Shown here: piece by piece, positions 62,685 to 64,000 of the stretch
Layout of the letters: the number at the start of each line of letters is the position of its first letter
Position numbering within the stretch: the first letter of the stretch is position 1
DNA from: Octopus vulgaris
Taxonomy: Eukaryota
Direction of reading: 5' to 3'
DNA length: 64,000 nt
NCBI GenBank assembly: GCA_951406725.2
Contig: OX597835.1
Location: forward strand, 41,912,001 to 41,976,000
The notes under the pieces: model-generated
The model's input: only the letters and a program-made list of their open reading frames with translations
The model's database searches: none
Told to the model about the DNA's origin: nothing
Program-made: the position numbers and the translations under genes

Positions 62685-63177
62685 AGTGGAGAGCTGGCAA
62701 AATCGTTAACACGCCAGGCAAAATGCTTAACGGAATTTCGTCTGTTGCTATGTTCAAAGTTCAAATTCTGCCAAGGTTCACTTTGCCTTTCATCCCTTTC
62801 AGGGTCAATAAAATAAGTAACCAGTTGAACACTGGGGGTCGGTGTAATCAACTCATCCCTTCCCATAAAATTGCTGCCCTTTTGGCAAAATTTGAAACCA
62901 TTGTTATTGTTGTTAATGTTGTTATTATTATTATTATTAATTTTTTAATTATTATTATTATTGAGGCAGCAAGCTGGTAGAACCGCTTGCAGACCAGGCA
63001 AAATGCTTAGTAACATTTCATCCATCTTCACATTCTGATTTGAAATTCCACCAAGGGTAACTTTGCCTTTCATCCTTTCAGAGTCAATAAGATAAGTACC
63101 AGTTGGATACTGAGGTAGACAGAATCAAATTATCCCATCTCACCACCAAAACTGTTGACCTTATGCCCAAATTTGAA

Positions 63178-63178
<1 letters not shown>
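62685..63178 (+). mobile_element. Two family-A SINEs separated by (ATT)n
   Basis: Family-A head and central motifs. Confidence 0.8.
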
Positions 63179-63257
<79 letters not shown>

Positions 63258-63333
63258 CACTACCAATACTACTACCACTACCACCACTACAACTACTACT
63301 ACCACCACCACCACTACCACTACCACCACCACC

Positions 63334-63367
<34 letters not shown>

Positions 63368-63375
63368 TTACTACT
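63178..63375. repeat. (ACT/ACC)n microsatellite
   Basis: Direct reading. Confidence 0.97.
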
Positions 63376-63948
63376 AGAGTGCTGCCTATTGTGACAGGTA
63401 ACTGGGAAAATATGCTTTTTGCTACCATGGGTCATATCAGGAAATATGGCATGCATACTAGTAAAATGTGAGACCATATAGGTGATCTCCTGGTGACTCA
63501 TTTCATGACAATGTTTCAAGTTTAGGAGATTTAGTAGCTTAGACATATAGACAGACAGACAGACAGAGACACACACACACATACACACACACACAGAGGG
63601 AATATACACACATCAGCACACAGAAATTCACATGTAGGCACATAAACACACATAGACACATACACGCACAGACAGTTACATGCACACACACGCACACACA
63701 AATGTGCATACAGATATATACAGACATAGACATGCGCATACACTCACACACTTACTAGTTATGACAGAAGTATACAATACTTGATTCCCCCCCCCCCATA
63801 TATATATTCTGGCACCAACCTCTACAGGGACAGATGGGACAGAGTTGTTGGTTGCATTCGTTGGGTAATGTATTAGCATTCCAAAAGAATGTAAGGCAAT
63901 AAACAATAAGCGTGTGTTGATGTGTATCTGTGTGTATGTGTGTATAGT

Positions 63949-63981
<33 letters not shown>

Positions 63982-64000
63982 GTGTGTGTGTGTGTATATA

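Overview
Eukaryotic, AT-rich and repeat-saturated DNA. The SINE and microsatellite content looks cephalopod (Octopus-like; inferred, not verified). No host protein-coding gene is confidently identifiable. Most of the window is tRNA-derived SINEs of several families, decayed LINE fragments (L1/Tx1-, CR1/L2-, RTE- and Penelope-like), a Tc1/mariner transposase relic, short non-autonomous Helitrons and long simple repeats. The outstanding structure is a 14.2-kb head-to-tail array (34769-49005, minus strand) of 8 full-length ~1.78-kb units. Each unit encodes only a Gag/ORF1-like protein with one CX2CX4HX4C zinc knuckle and has no RT, no LTRs and no poly(A). Four features are visible directly in the sequence. 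(i) The same 4-bp TGTG occurs at both ends and at all 7 junctions. (ii) The array interrupts a decayed, same-orientation homolog of its own ORF1, whose reading frame rejoins across the site when the array is excised. (iii) In all 8 copies the likely ATG opens a 59-codon ORF that overlaps the main ORF in the -1 frame at a C6 run, which is either programmed frameshifting or a systematic homopolymer error. (iv) The unit's 3' ~36 nt are nearly identical to the tail of a local SINE subfamily and resemble the 3' end of a Tx1-like LINE relic in the window, suggesting a three-partner LINE / ORF1-only element / SINE system. Degenerate hammerhead-ribozyme motifs also occur in Penelope-like repeats. Coordinates of decayed repeats are approximate.
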